From positions 248,001-312,000 of the forward strand of contig NW_002060962.1 of NCBI RefSeq assembly GCF_000150275.1: a stretch of DNA of 64,000 bases, read 5' to 3'. This document shows positions 1-14,796 of this stretch, one piece after another. The position numbers and the translations under genes were made by a program. The notes below the pieces were generated by a model that saw only the letters and a program-made list of their open reading frames with translations, was not told the DNA's origin and did not search any database. The DNA is from Trichoplax adhaerens. Taxonomy: Eukaryota; Animalia; Placozoa. Position 1 is the stretch's first letter. The number at the start of each line of letters is the position of its first letter.

Positions 1-47
1 TCTATACAGTCTTGATAATACGTTTTACTTCACAATTTACCCTTCAG

Positions 48-1243
48 AGTGGGCAGCAGAAACGGTTGCTCTTTGTAAAAAATATTATGGTAAGGGTGTT
101 GTTGGGATTGATGTTGCTGGAGATGAAACGCTTTACCCGATTGTGGCTAATGATGAATTTGTCAAAGCATTTCAAGTAAGCTACCAAGATCAGAATTTAT
201 TTTCACGTACGTGTATCGATACTAAGATTGTGTGAACCAGGATTATAACTATTTTACCCTCGATTATACAATTAAAGGAAGCCAAGAAATTCGGTATTCA
301 CAGAACTGCACATGCTGGGGAAGCGGGACCAGCTCAGAACATACGAGAGGTATAGAATGTATTATTACTATGCTGAAGACTTTGACAATATTGATTAGAT
401 AATAGATTACTTAGTTCAAACTAAAAAATCCTCCAGGTTTTGGCTAAACTAAACAACTTGTCACAGGATATTTATGTTCGTACTCGATAATTTGTTTCTC
501 TACCTATTCATTAACACTTATAGTCCTTGGATTGGTTAAGTGCTGAGAGAATAGGCCATGGTTATCACTTGGTACAAGATGAAGAACTGTATAATGTGAT
601 CAAAAAGGAGAAAATTCATCTTGAGGTTGTAATTTAATTCTTGAAAAACAGTCAAATTGTATGTTATCCTTATATTTGGAATTGTAATTTTACTCTGTAT
701 TCCACAGCTGTGTCCTACTTCAAGCATCCTTACCGGATCTGTGCCAAGTTTTAAGAATCATCCAGGGAAACGGTTCGACAGTGTTATTAGCTTATAAAAG
801 TTGAAGTTATTATAAGATTTTATAGAATATTGCAATCATTGTGTTCATTTAAATTTTTACGTCTTTCAGGTTTATTAATGATGGATTCAATTTCTCTATA
901 AATTCCGACGACTCTTTATGTATTAATTCAACAGTTGCTGACGAGTATAACTTAGTTTATAATGAATGGGGCTACGACTTCCCTGTACTAACAAGAGCGG
1001 TAATTAATTTTTCCACAATAATCGTTACATATAATAAGTATAATAAGACAGTAGGCGAAGATTTTGTCATTAATCTATTACTTACATATTAAAACAGTTC
1101 ATGCCTTGGCATTCTAGTTATTATCAATCTTACCTGTCTGCTATTTTTTACAGGCGTTCAATGCAGCCCGCTCATCGTTCCTACCAGAGGAAGAGAAGAG
1201 GCAATTAATTGAAGACTTAGAGACAGTATACGGAATGCGATAG
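48..1243 (+). CDS. ADA: Adenosine deaminase, 3' part (5' end outside window). Exons 48-175, 278-349, 524-625, 708-772, 870-999, 1154-1243
   Basis: Manual splicing at GT-AG sites gives ...GVVGIDVAGDE...GIHRTAHAGE...AERIGHGY...IHLELCPTSS...FSINSDD...AFNAARSSFLPEEEKRQLIEDLETVYGMR*. This contains the HAGE, RIGHG, CPxS and N(S/T)DD motifs of ADA1-type deaminases. Confidence 0.95.
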
Positions 1244-2351
1244 TGTGATGGCTACTGCTGCCCTTCTATTTCTAGAGAAAATCTCTGTTGCTAAATTTTA
1301 GTGATAAAAGTTTATTTCAGCAAGATTTAAACGTCTAGAACCACGTATTTGCTTTTTAATTCTAGTCTGCACAATATCGCTGATACAGATTTATTACTAA
1401 AATAAAAATGTACCAATCTTAAAAATAACATAATGGGAATTATGATTACATTCACAGTTATGCCTACTATGTACGGTATATACTGTATGCCTATATAACA
1501 ATCTTTACATTGTGCGTAATTACTCTCTAAGTTACATGTACGTTTGTAATTTGGTCTTAGTTGCTTTGTGAACTTCACATTACGATATTATAAAGATCCT
1601 AATACGATACTGTATCTAGCCTTTACTATGGTCACCGTCCCAGATAGCCCATCTTCCGTCTTCATCAAAATTTAGAACGTGCCTATACGCACGTCAAGTA
1701 CGTAAAGTGTTATTGCGGAATTCGGAGCAGCATTGCTACATAACTGCTGTAAAGCTATTACTGTAAGCAATACTGAGTACTGTAATTGCTAAGGAAGTTA
1801 TAACTACTATACCGTACATAGAAAACGCCCGTAAAGCTTGATTACTTGCATTAATGTAAGCTAGTAGCGAAACTCTCATCTATCGTAATTGCATTTTATA
1901 TTTATTACAATTGAGCGTATTTTTATACGCCCTTCAATAACATTTTATACAGCATAAAGCAATCGTCCCAAAGACTGTATGTTTCCAAAATTTGTTCAAT
2001 CATTAACACATTTTGGTATCAATAGCCACGAAAATATGTTATATGACATCATATACTCATACTGTATAATCAAAGAATATTAAATTTTAAAGACACAGGC
2101 ACAGTATTATGTCAGAATGCTGCATAAAGCTGTAACAAATTCATAACAAGCAAGGAAGTTATATCAGACATTAGGTATCAATATTTGCAAAGTACATCTT
2201 ACGTCAACATCTAATCATAATAATTAGAAGACTTTAATACGAGTAGATAAATAATATCCAGCGTAGGAGTGGATATAGGGATATAACATAAATAATTTTC
2301 AACCTATTAATAGAAATAGCTTTCTCATTGCATATTTCCAGTAAATACTTT

Positions 2352-5300
2352 CTAATCTTTCGGGCTTAATTCCATTTCTTCTTCACTATTATATACTCGT
2401 TTGTTTAGACGAAAGTAAGCTTCTATCTCTTCTAAAGATTTCCCCTTCGTTTCTGGAAGTGCATAATAGACATAAATAACTGCAATGATTGAAAATACGG
2501 CATAGAGCCAGAAGGTACCGTATATTTCCATCGTTTTTGTCATTTTATCATAAAAATAAGTTACTATAAATGCTGTCAACCAATTTGCTATCATAGCTAA
2601 GCCACTGCCAACTGATCTTATGCGAATGGGTAAAAGTTCAGACATGCTTAAAAATGGCACAGCTCCCCAACCTAAACCGAATGATACTAAGATAATTGCA
2701 ACGGTAGCAACAGCAAGCCAGCGGAGATCTCCTGCTGCCTCAGAAATAACCATTAAATGATAAATACCAAAACAAAAATGACCTACGGCCATACCAAGAC
2801 CAGATGTAATTAGCATTTTCCTGCGACCAAAGTAATCAACTGTGTATAGGGTTGATATCGTCGATAGAAGTAGTCCACCGACCAGGATAACGCTAATCTA
2901 GATAGATAAACCGATAATGTAAAACGATGAGTATTTCACAAGCATATCGAAAGAACATCGTACAGCCTTAAAAGGGCTCTTTGCTGGTTAAAATTAAGAT
3001 TTAGCCAATACATAAGCTAGGTAGCACACCCTCGGATACAGTCAATATCATTACCTCATTTTATCCGTATACTAACGAATTTCTATATCTATTGCAAATT
3101 TTTTTAACATCTTTAACTATGTACTCTATTCGTGATACGGTATATAGACCGAAAGAAGAGCTCTACCTGGTTTAAAGATAAAGGGATAGTACTATAGTAC
3201 CTCCGTTGGACATATTCTGTTACTAATGGAAATGCTTATTCGCTATCAAGAATTCGCCATTTACACTTAAATGACGAATTGACCTGACTACTCATTCGCT
3301 ATTCTGCATTTCTAGTCGATATCGAAATATATACCATCAGATTTCAATATACTGTAATCAAAGCAATTGAGAGAGAAGCATATTATATATGATAAATATT
3401 ATAAAATATGCTACGGCAAGCAAAATAATATCAGTTACTTGAACCTTGGTATCAATACTAATAATAGAATAAATGCCATAAAATCTACTGCAGCTATGAG
3501 ATATGTAGCTATTTGTGCTAAATTAATGAGCTGATAAGAGAAATAGATACGGTATAAATTTCCTTTGGTCTATGATATACATTAAAAGTAATCATTTATG
3601 CTCAGAATCACATAATTAAAGAGTTAATACGTATAGCTATAAGAGACTTTCAATACCTGCATTATAAATTATACTAATAAAAGAAACAGATATCACAAGA
3701 TCTACCTCTACGCTTACGATATCTAATAAAAGAAATAAACTTTATGAAATTTTTTGTAATCGTAAGACCCTTTAAGATATATATGTTAACAAAAGCTATT
3801 AATATACTAAGAATGTTAGGAGGCTTTAACTCGTAAATCCTTTGAAAAATAAGCTGCATTGATTTTTATTCGATATATCTACTTGCAGCGTATAGTAATT
3901 ATTCTATATACTACTACTATAAGGCAAATCTACGAAATCTACTGAATATTGCGGAATCTTGCTTATTAATAGCAAATAAATCTTACGCAAAGGAATCAAA
4001 AATGAGATATTCACTCTTAAAATAGAGTAGTAGTGGCATAGCAATAGCAATTGGATCTTACAAATGGCAATCAGAAATTAAATTTCCAATCTTAAAGTAT
4101 TAACGAGATATAAAATAGGGCATAGCTAATATGAATCATTTGTGATGGTAACTGATTGTGAATATAAAAAGAGCAGGGAAATTTAATTGTTGCATAAATG
4201 ACTGTAAACACTACCTCATAGCCTGCGGAAATTCCAGTTCTTTGAATAATCGAGACACCATAAAAAATGAAAATATTGATTCCCGACGTTTGCTGTAGTA
4301 TCATTAACATAATGGATATCATAAGAGGCTTTAATACTGCTGGCTGACGTAACTCAGAACATTTTAATTTTTGATTATCGTTAAGACTCTGATCGATTGC
4401 TTGTAATTCAGGTCGAATATCTTGATCATCTCCGCGTAGCCATCTAGTAATATTCCAAATAGAAAATGGCAATGTATCGTTAGTAAAGGGAGATACAGTA
4501 TTCATCAAGAAGATCAAATTTTAACCAAGAGCTGGGGTATACAGCTACAAATAACCATTATTCGTTGTTGATAGTTCTATATTAATAAACTAGCTCGAGA
4601 GTTTCGATATTTGCAATGAGCATTACGGAATTGATATTAGATTGCTTATTATACATTATTTTGAAGTACAAGTCAAATATAATGGCTTATAAACGATTTG
4701 AACTTGAGTAACATAGGAACTCAGCCGTTTGTGAAGAAGTTATAAGCTATATCCCAGATAGGTAATTTAATCACAAAATTCTATAATATAATTATATCAT
4801 GGAACTGTCTTACTTAAGCGCATAAAATGCTTGGTAGGTTCGACCCTGTGATAATAACCATCTTGGTGTTTCAGGCAAAAACGCCATAGCGATGGATAAG
4901 ATAGTTAATAGTACGACACTCACTAACGCCAAGTAATTCCAGTTAAGAATTAGTGAGAAAAGAACGCATAAAAAGTTACCACAAATAGCGGCTAAAAATG
5001 TTGCTGAAACTAGTCGCCCACGAATAGATGGAGAACAGGTTTCTGCCACATAAATCTTAAAATAAAATAGGATTATAAACATCAGTAATATGACGCTAAT
5101 CAATTTTATAAAGTCTTCAACTTCTTTTTCTAATTGAATTATAGTCGTTTATACATTAAAATCTACATTTAAAAATTATCGCAAAAATCAAAACGTACAG
5201 CACTGAAAGTTAAACCAAATATAACGACAAAAACAATGTAATTACCATAAATCTCTAGTACATGAATCTTAAAAAATGAATAAAATGATTCGAAATTTCC

Positions 5301-6668
5301 AATCAAGTTAGAAAAATCAAATTTATACACTCTTTCACTTCTTACTAACTCAATTTATATTCACTTATAGTATGGATATAAAGAAATCATTACAATTTCA
5401 AAGTTAGACTTAAACCCAGAGTGCTTGAGTTAAGTATCATAATCACAAACAGGAATCGATTAATGCCAACATCTGTATTACTTACTGGTGCAGCCATCGC
5501 TGCTAGAATAGCTCCAATGCCGGTAAATGTACGACCAATGATTAAATAAATTTTGTTTGGTCCATACATAATAAAACACCAACCTAAAACAAACGGAGCT
5601 GAGCAAACAACTAAAGTTGATCTTCTGCCCAAGTAACGAAGGAATAAACTGCCGATAATACCACCAATGATGCCACCAACAGAAAATAATGACTAAATGA
5701 TGTAGATTTAATGTTTGATAAGTGCTAAATTATCAAGAACGGCACAAGCAGAATTTACTTTACATAGATTTAATTGAGCAGATATCAAGTAGATGCTTTA
5801 ATTAAAAAGTGAATTACTTTTGTCCACTATCCAGTTGTCAGGTAAAAATAGTAAACGTGTAATGAACTTTAGACCGATTTTAAATCTATAGACTGTAATT
5901 AACCTTGGATAGCTTTATTTCTATGAATATTAAGTCAATTACTGTTACATGAAATAATGCAAGCTCGAATAATATCCTGTATTGAATTGTGAGGTAAAAA
6001 GGGCACAAGTATACTTTGCCTTGGATAGATTTAAAGGCATTGGACGTCAAGAGAATATTATTAACAGCAAATAAGATGATTCATATTCTTATACTATTCC
6101 GAATTGAATCGGCCATCTTAATGTGTATACGTAGATTTAGTTAAATAAATGTCAATTAGGCTATCTCGAAATAAAAATAATTTGCTAAATTCTATCCAGT
6201 ATCTACCTACAAGGTAGAATGGGCAAAAGTATAGATACTTTGACAGATTTATTTCATCGAGTAATTCATGATCGTATACTACGGTCCTTGCGCTATTTGT
6301 GGCATTGCCTATGGTCTACTAGACGAAGATCTATATACACATATATAAATCGGTGCAAAGTGTGTTATACTTGCACCATTTTCGCCATGCTATCGCATAC
6401 AGAATATCGGTATAATATACTTTCGACAAATTATGGAGAAATGAAAACAAGGATTGTAAAGCAATAAGACTACAGATTCTTCACTTACCCCAAATAAGCT
6501 AACATCCAAATTGGTCAAGTATCGATCGCCTAAGAGTTTATTTTGCAATTGTGGAGTGGCTTGCGATGAATATTGCGTAGCAAATCCGAAATTAACGTTG
6601 GCAATGCAAGCAATTAATGTGACTAGAATTTGTTGAGCTATTCCACGTGATAATTTCTCTTTACTCAT
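2352..6668 (-). CDS. Class III GLUT / Tret1-like sugar porter, copy A (~467 aa). Exons 6489-6668, 5486-5692, 4814-5055, 4215-4443, 2352-2897
   Basis: MFS sugar-porter motifs GRR, PETPRWL, QQTSGIN, GWGAVP..MSE, PETKGKSLEEIE. Exons bounded by GT/AG, total 1404 nt in frame. Confidence 0.92.
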
Positions 6669-6959
6669 AATTGATCTTCTGTAGGATGATATCTCTTCAA
6701 TAAAATGATAATGGATTGCTAGAAATAAATTACTAGTGTTGGCTTTTATTCTTGATTTCTTTCGTAATCAGGATAGTGCCAGCAGAATCTGAAATGAAGC
6801 AAAAGAAAATGATAGGAAATTTTTAATATCCTATCCCATTTTCGGTGGTAATTTTTATCTATTTTCTCTACCCTATTCATTCACTATCACTTAAAATCAA
6901 ATGATTTAGACGAGCAAAGGAGAACTACAAGTATCTTCATCACCCGTAGTTCCACATTT

Positions 6960-7300
6960 ACAATATCAAGAAGAAAGTGTCGACAATAGATTGAATACTT
7001 TAAGGATTATATTCTTAAGTTACTAGACATCATTACACAGTTAAAAGCAAGAGCAATTCATCCTTCTATTAGATATACCCAACTGCTAGAGGATAATCCC
7101 ATTTACTGCACCTTTATCATGTCTTATTTCATGCTACTACCACATAGATAATTTGATTGAATACTTTAACGATTACATTCTTCAATCACGAATAAAAGTC
7201 AAAAGCAAAAGTAATTTGCTCTTTTCTATCAAATCTACCCGACTGCTAGAGGGGTATTTCTATTTGCATCTTACCTTATTGGGGCTACTACCAAATCAAT
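6960..7300. repeat. Two diverged ~165-bp direct repeats
   Basis: 'ttgaatactttaa(g/c)gatta(t/c)attct...aaaagcaa...accc(a/g)actgctagagg...gctacta' occurs near 6991 and near 7157. Confidence 0.6.
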
Positions 7301-7689
7301 GATTTGATAGATTAAAGCAGAGAAAGCTGAATGTATTTTGTTCAAAGTTTTGTTCTAAAATATCATACCAGACACTTATCTGAAGATATCGATTGAATAT
7401 TTCTACAACGTTATTTTTAGCTACTTTAAATCTAGCCATCAATAGCTTAAGTTTACTCTAGGTATTATCATTGCTTTACATTTAAACCACTCATCAAGAT
7501 CGTTATTGTATAACGAGAGAAAAGAATGCTGCAGTTGAACTAGTAAACACTGATTTAGGTATGAGAAGCTTGATTTAGCCTCAAGGTAAAGCACCTTATT
7601 CTAGAGTCTCTTACTAAATAATAGGAATAAAGAGTATGATAACGAAATAACCATGACTAAGCTAAATTGGCTTGTTAACTAAAAAGGCC

Positions 7690-8265
7690 ATCTCCTAAAC
7701 ATGGTCATAGCGAGGTGATGTTGAGAATACTAAATAAGCTGAAGTCTTTCAAAACTTGGTCATGAAAATGATCATGTTCTACAATAATAATCAATTATTT
7801 ACGATCTTTTAGAACATAGTCAGGAAGCGATCAAGTTGAAGAGTTATTTAATAGACCAAATGTTTTATGTAATGGATGGAAAAATTCTTTCAGAACATCA
7901 TCATAAAACGATCATGATAAAAAATGACTTAACAAGCCAAAAATATCCCGAGTAATAAATAAGAAAACTCTTTCATAACAATTGAAGAACCATTTAATAA
8001 GCCAAAATATCCTGCGTAATAAGTTAAAAAAAGTCTTTTTAACAGGACCATAAAATAATCATACTGAATAAATAGCTAGAATTCTTTGAACATGGTCACA
8101 AAACGACCATATTGAAAAATTATTTCAGCAAATATTCTGAAGAAAAATCTTTCAGAATAGGGTGCCCTATGTAATAAATAGGAAATTTTTCAGAATAGGG
8201 TCATGATAAAGGATCATCTAAATAGACAAAATGCTCTATGTAATAAATAGGAAAATTTTTCAGAA
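7690..8265. repeat. Highly degenerate tandem repeat (~50-85 bp units)
   Basis: Recurrent 'ttt(c)agaacat(g)gtcat...aaacgatcat' and 'taataaataggaaa' elements. Confidence 0.55.
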
Positions 8266-8439
8266 TTGCGATCCTATCCCCCATTAGTCATAACCGAGAA
8301 AGAAACATCTTTCGTACATGTAGTAAAATATCTATTGATATCTTTACCTAGAACCTATTGATGATTGCTGTATTATGATGCCTGCCCAAGTAACTAAAGC
8401 AACAAGGGAATATGATTACTTACATAATCAATTTTAATT

Positions 8440-9280
8440 ACAATTAATGCGAAAGGAAAAAAAAATTCTAAACCTTGCAAAGTACAGCATACTATTACGT
8501 TAATTTTAATTGAAAGCAATGCAGCAAGGACAAAAAACTTCTAAACCTTTTAAAATTATAGCAAAATATTACAGGATCATTCTTACTCACGTAGTAGACT
8601 AGTAGATTACACAATAAAGAGAGTAAAGAAGGACAAAAAACTGCTCTTATATCTTGCAAAGTGCAATATTACAACATTATTCTCACTCATGTAATAGACT
8701 AGAAGATTATCAGCGAAAGAAATAAAAAGGACAGAAACTACTTCTAAACCTTGCAAAGTATAGCCTAATATTACAGTACCATTCTCACTCATGTAATAGA
8801 TTAGAAGATTATACAATAAAAGGAATAAAGAATGACAGTAACCACTTCCAAACCTGTCAAAGACAGCATAATATCACGCCATCATTCTCACTTATGTAAT
8901 AGACTAGCAGATTATAAAATAAAAGGAGTAAAGAAGGCCAGAAACTACTTCTAAACCCTGCAAAGTACAGCATAGTATTACACCATCAATCTCACTCATA
9001 TAATAGAGTAGAAGATTATACAATGAAAGGAATGAAGAAGAACAGAAGCTACTTCTACACTTTGCAAAATCAGCATAATGTTAAATGATCATTCTCATCC
9101 TGTAATAGATTAGAAGATTATACAATAAAAGGAATAAAAGAAAGGGTAGAAAAATAGTAAACTACTTCTAAATCTTGCAAAGTACAACATATTATTACAG
9201 CATCATTCTCACCTACATAATTGACTAGAAGATTATACAATATAAGGATTAACCAAAGGATAGGAAGATAGTAAACTAGC
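8440..9280. repeat. Minisatellite, ~103-bp unit, about 7-8 diverged copies
   Basis: 'actacttctaaaccttgcaaagtacagcat...attctcactcatgtaatagactagaagattatacaataaa' recurs. The 'tag(a/c/t)agatta' anchor appears near 8600, 8700, 8802, 8905, 9009, 9112 and 9225. Confidence 0.88.
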
Positions 9281-10139
9281 AAGCCTTAAGATTTCTATTC
9301 TATCCGGGGTTATGGTATGACAAAAAAGAGAAAAGAAAGAAGGTATGAGATTGTATCATAAAAGTCAATGTAGATACATTTATCTAGTTTATGCCCACCT
9401 ATTGATTTTTAAAAGAACAGAAAGCAAACAACTATTACGTTAAACAGCTGTATTTCTTCTTTATTGACTTAATGTCAATAACTTTTAGTCCAATTTCTGA
9501 ATTGTATAATAACTCTCTCATGTCAAATTCATCCCTTAGTCTTCTTAAATCATCAACAAATACGCGTAAGAACGTATATTCAAATAGTCGAGTCTATCCA
9601 TCGTCTAACTACAATTTAATCCGCCCAACGACAAGTTTACTACTTACGTTAGTAAATTAACCTACAATAGATAGTGTAAAACCAAGAAAATGATGAAAGT
9701 GATGTCATAGCGTTTCTTATTTACTCATCATTTAATTAATGTAGTGCCACTATTCGAGATAAGATCAAGACAAGAGATTGAGTCAATGACAATCGAAGGA
9801 GAGGATGATGTCGATATATATGTATTAAGAAAACCTTAATATGATCAAAGTAGATTGTCAATACGAAGTAAAACAGGTCAAAGAGACTCCAACTTTGATT
9901 TGAGAACGTCTTTGTTCAACACGAAATAAAAATATACACATCAGTTCTGCGGGTTGTTATTATTTGAATGATAAAATTAATTCCTAATTAAAGCCAGTTA
10001 AAATATTATTTTATCCATTAGCAATACTAGACAGCGATCACATTAATCATGAGATAGAGTCTATCTTTAAGGATTCCAGGAAAGCTGCAGGACAGATGTC
10101 AAATGGAAGTAGTACTACTCAAGTATAGTTTATGGCCAT

Positions 10140-10830
10140 CATGAATTTGCATGAATCGTACTAAAGCTACAGGATGAGCAGGATATCCGTCAAAATGTCA
10201 GCTTGACAAGTATGCCAATGCAATTAGAGAAGATGAATGGGGCTAAATGATCAAGATGGAGCATAACAAGGTTATACGATGAGAGCTAGCGATGGATTCA
10301 CGCTAAGAAGCTAGCTATGGAGTAAAGAAAACGCATTCGATATTCTATAGAGTTGAAATGACAGTCTTTGAGACATTCAGAATAGGAAAGCTAGCTTCCA
10401 GATGAGCAAGACCTTGTAAAATTATGAAATTCGGTGTAGCAATGGATTCAGTATGAGAAGCTAGCCTCCAGACGAGCAAGATGTTATAAAATTATGAAAT
10501 TCAATACAGCGATGCATTTAGTGAGAGAATTTAGTTATAAATGAGTAAGATGAAATAAATTAATGCAAGGACGACGAAAATTAAGTTAGAGCTAGCAACA
10601 AGATCAACATGATTACAATTCAGTGAAATTCAGTGCAGCGATGCATTCAATATGAAAAGTTACTTATAAGTAAGCAAGATGAAATATATTGATGCTAGGA
10701 TGATGAAATTAGACTTGGTAATACATTCAAGATAGGAAGTTAGGTATGGCAGTAAGTTGATTCTCATGCCAAGGCTATAAATTGGACTATGAATTTAGAA
10801 TAGGAAAGCTAGTAACATGAACAGCATGGC
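10140..10830. repeat. Degenerate minisatellite, ~70-bp unit
   Basis: 'gctagc(t/c)tccaga(t/c)gagcaaga...taaaattatgaaattc...gc(a/g)atg(g/c)att' at 10390 and 10460, with decayed copies on both sides. Confidence 0.7.
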
Positions 10831-13599
10831 TATAATAGTATCATAGAGTGCTAAAACTAGAGCTCATGATCGATCCAAGATCGAAAATGACAAGGTGAGC
10901 CAAATGCACTATATACAGTATATCAAACGGATATCTTGATCGGCCGATAGCGAAAGTGAATCATTTTTTTAATGATGGGAAACTACATTCACAACTAGAC
11001 TGCAATAGAATTTTTTCAAAGTTATACCTTTAAACTTGACGATGCATTAAATAATATAGTAAAATGTAGTCATTGATGGTAATCTATACGTTTCAGAGCT
11101 ACAATTGCTCTATGTAACGGATTAGTAACGAGAAAGTGCGACAAAATATTCAAGGTCAATGAAAAGGCATTTAAAATTACTCCTATAAAATTGACAACAC
11201 TTGCTATTTCTACATGTGTTAAGAATGAGATGATTACTAATAACGTCTAGGTGTTATGCATGTAAGAATACAGTAACTTGTTGTGCTGCACATAATGTGT
11301 TGTCATAAGATCAGGCAATGAATTGCTAATATAAGGCTCGTATAATATGTTATTACGGCTATACTATTTAAATGCAGTAAATCCTAAATAAAAAGAGATT
11401 TTTAGTAAGCTTACTAGGCGGAGTGTATTGAAGCCCTTCGTGACAACGTCAACGACTAAGAGTGGAAACACAACGTAGGTAATAATTCTACTCTCTATTG
11501 CTCCAAGTAAGTCAGATAACATAGACACTTTCAGTATGAAATAAAGGCTAAAATAAAAAACGTGTACAAAAATGTATTTATATTAGGATCAAGATTGATA
11601 AGGATGGCTATAACGTTATAAAACGCTATAAACATTAGTACGAGAGATGGCGACAGTTTTCTTGATATATTAAAAATTAAATGGATCGATATTGAATAAA
11701 AATCCATCAAGATGACCATTTCTATCTCCTACTGAAGCGATCTTCTGCATCACTTCTGTAAAAGTGGCTAATAACTATAACATTAAATGAGATATTCCTG
11801 AAATAACAATCCTTGAGGTAGAGCAAGGATAAGGGTCAGGAAATGAGAAAGGATTATGTTGTAGAATGTTGTTGTTTCCAATACAATATTAAATCGAACA
11901 TGACGGAAATGACAGCCTCTACTATACGCTATATCAGTAAGAAGTTGCTTGGGCTTAGAAGTATGAAATCAATGTCGTTAATACGCATTCGAAACGAGAT
12001 TAAAAGACAACAAGATATCCCAGTAAAGAAGTCATTTGATGAGAAATACGAGGCATAAAGTGTGTAATTTAATACGTAGTTAATAGGTACTACTAAAGGA
12101 TACAATATGAATATCTTGAATTGATATCATAATATACTAATCTATATGAATAAAGTAGCAGGAGCAAGCGGAACAAGTAAAAAAGTACTCAGTTATAACG
12201 ATAGAAGTAAAAAATTAGGATGGTCGTAACGAAAATAACACTAGGTTACTTTGTTGGAAACTGAAAGAGATTGATAGCCAAGTTTGGGGCCATCTAACAT
12301 CCATCTAAGATGCTCTAATGTCGTCAATTATGGCTATCACAAATACGTGTATGAATGCTACTCAATGACTAAATCACTGATATAGGATAAGATTTACAAC
12401 AAAATCAAGAACGGAACTTCGATGTACTGTATCCGAAACTGTTTAAAACATAGCTGACGAAACATAATTGCAAATTCTATAACAGATGAGTGACTACTGT
12501 CATGACGGAGGAATTCTATTTCATTTTCTTGTCTAATAACAGCAAAATACGTCAATAAACTGTAGTTCAGCTCTCGTTCGAAAAATCAATTAGTCATTTA
12601 CGTTATCCTTCAGTTATAACGGACATAATTGATTGATTCTCAATTAATTAGTGTTACTAACCCTGACATGGACCAAGCAAGATTTTGATTTACGATGGCG
12701 AAAATGCCGTCAAGCCATCATCAACCCTATTTATGCAGCCAATATTCATCACTTGGCCAATAATTGATATAGCTTTAAAAATTTAAAAGCACTGTCTGGA
12801 TACTTTAATTAGACAAAAAGATAGACAAAAGCTATATACAAAATAGCCAACCCTGGATAGTGCTCCTAATCGACTCCTAGCCAATTAATCATTTCTACTT
12901 TACAATGTAACGATCACTCTATTTAAGAACTAGTTAATGACTGTTGCTTCCATCACTTTTATTCTGAACTAGTTACCTAACATTGACACAAATAGAAGAA
13001 AAGGCCTTATAACACAAAAAGAAATAATGACTGTATTATCTATGGTAACTATTGTTTATTAACAATCACCGTCGGTAGATAATAAAGTTCTTATCACCAT
13101 ATCTATCGATCGATGAAAGATAATGTAGAGAATACATGATGCTGTTATCTTAACAATAAACTGTTCATGCAAACGGAGCTACTATTTCAATGAATTAATA
13201 AACTGATTTTCCAAGGCTTTAGCTATCCTTCTACTGGGATGCAAACTCTGAGAAAACAGTGTTGTTTAATATGGAAATGATTGATCTAAAGTTTGAAAAA
13301 ATATCTTACAGCATCGTATTCTTGTCATTAAAAGATTACCCTTTTAAATCAATGAGTATGAAATATTTATGATGATTGCGGGAAATAAGAGGGAGTAAGT
13401 AATTATCATGTGTCAAGATTGAATTTCATCGTAGCTATTGAAAGAATGAACGTCGTATTTTACTCGTATGAGTATGTAAAGTTGAAGCTGCAATAATGCT
13501 CTTTCGTCCATACTCCTTTCTAATCTTTTTTAATATAATCTTTCATTAAATCTTGCATTTATAACATCAAGCAATTAATTGTGAACAACGCTGATTGCA

Positions 13600-13912
13600 A
13601 CGATACCATCTGATCAGACAAAGGATTAATTATTCCTTGCTGTCCTGTAAATCATGTGCGAAGCGCGTTAAATGTTTACATAATTATATCGGAGAAAATA
13701 TGAAAATCAATCACAACACATGCTCCCATACCCTCTGATCAGATAACGGATTAATTATTCCGCGTTGTGATGTAAATCGTGTGCAAAGTGAGTAAATTTT
13801 CACACTATTACATCGGGAAAATATTGAAATCAATCACAACTTATTGCACCGTTACCTTCTGATCAGACAGCGGATTAACTATTCCACGCTGTGCGGTAAA
13901 TCATGTACAAAG
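13600..13912. repeat. Tandem repeat, ~124-bp unit, ~2.5 copies
   Basis: 'ctgatcaga...ggattaa(t/c)tattcc...gtaaatc(a/g)tgt' at 13610, 13735 and 13859. Confidence 0.85.
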
Positions 13913-14796
13913 GTTAATTTAGAAAGAAAAAATAGAAGAACTTGGCATTAATTGTACGAGCCATGAGCCATATGAAAAGGAATATCCATCACCGAGTCAT
14001 ATTAACACAGCAGTTGACAATTTTCATTACTATTCTAGCATTATTGTTCAATCTACCTATCCAATATACTGTAAATAGAAGACATGTGAATCAGAAATAA
14101 TACACTAAGAATGAGCTAGGATTATTTACTATCATGGGTACATTCCTGCAACTTTTACTAAATAAATGTAGGATGTCTAGGAATTATTTATGAAGATTAG
14201 ATAGAGCAATCTAATTTTTTGGGAGTCTAGTTTAGTTAACAGAATAATTATCTGAGAAAGACAGATGCAGCACTTATTTATAAAGGTGATCTATATTAAA
14301 ATTAAATATTAAAGATTAGTAGGATGATATACACTGATTAAAAGTTGTACCAGGTATGCACATCATTGAGAATTTTTTAATCATTTATAGAATAATAATA
14401 AAACGAAAATATCAATAATCTCAGCGTGTTGTGCATCATGCACAGCAGATTCACCTCGTTGATAATAAAACGATATTAGCCTTACGATGTCAACTTTATA
14501 CTAGTTAATGAAATAATTATAACCAATAACTTCCAATTCCAGAAAAAATGAATACATCATACGTATCTGATATTTTCTGTAGTCGCATAAAAAACTAGAC
14601 AAAAAATGCGCCAAATTTGCAATAATTCGAGTTATAAAGGGTCCAGCAACTTGCTTCATTCAGAGTTATTAATACTTATCTTATAAAAATAATAGCTTTG
14701 TAATAAATTATTGTAGAAACAAATTTCATATTTTCATACATTTACAAACATTGTAAAGGACGCTATATTGTTCATTAATGTAATTCATATGCAAAA

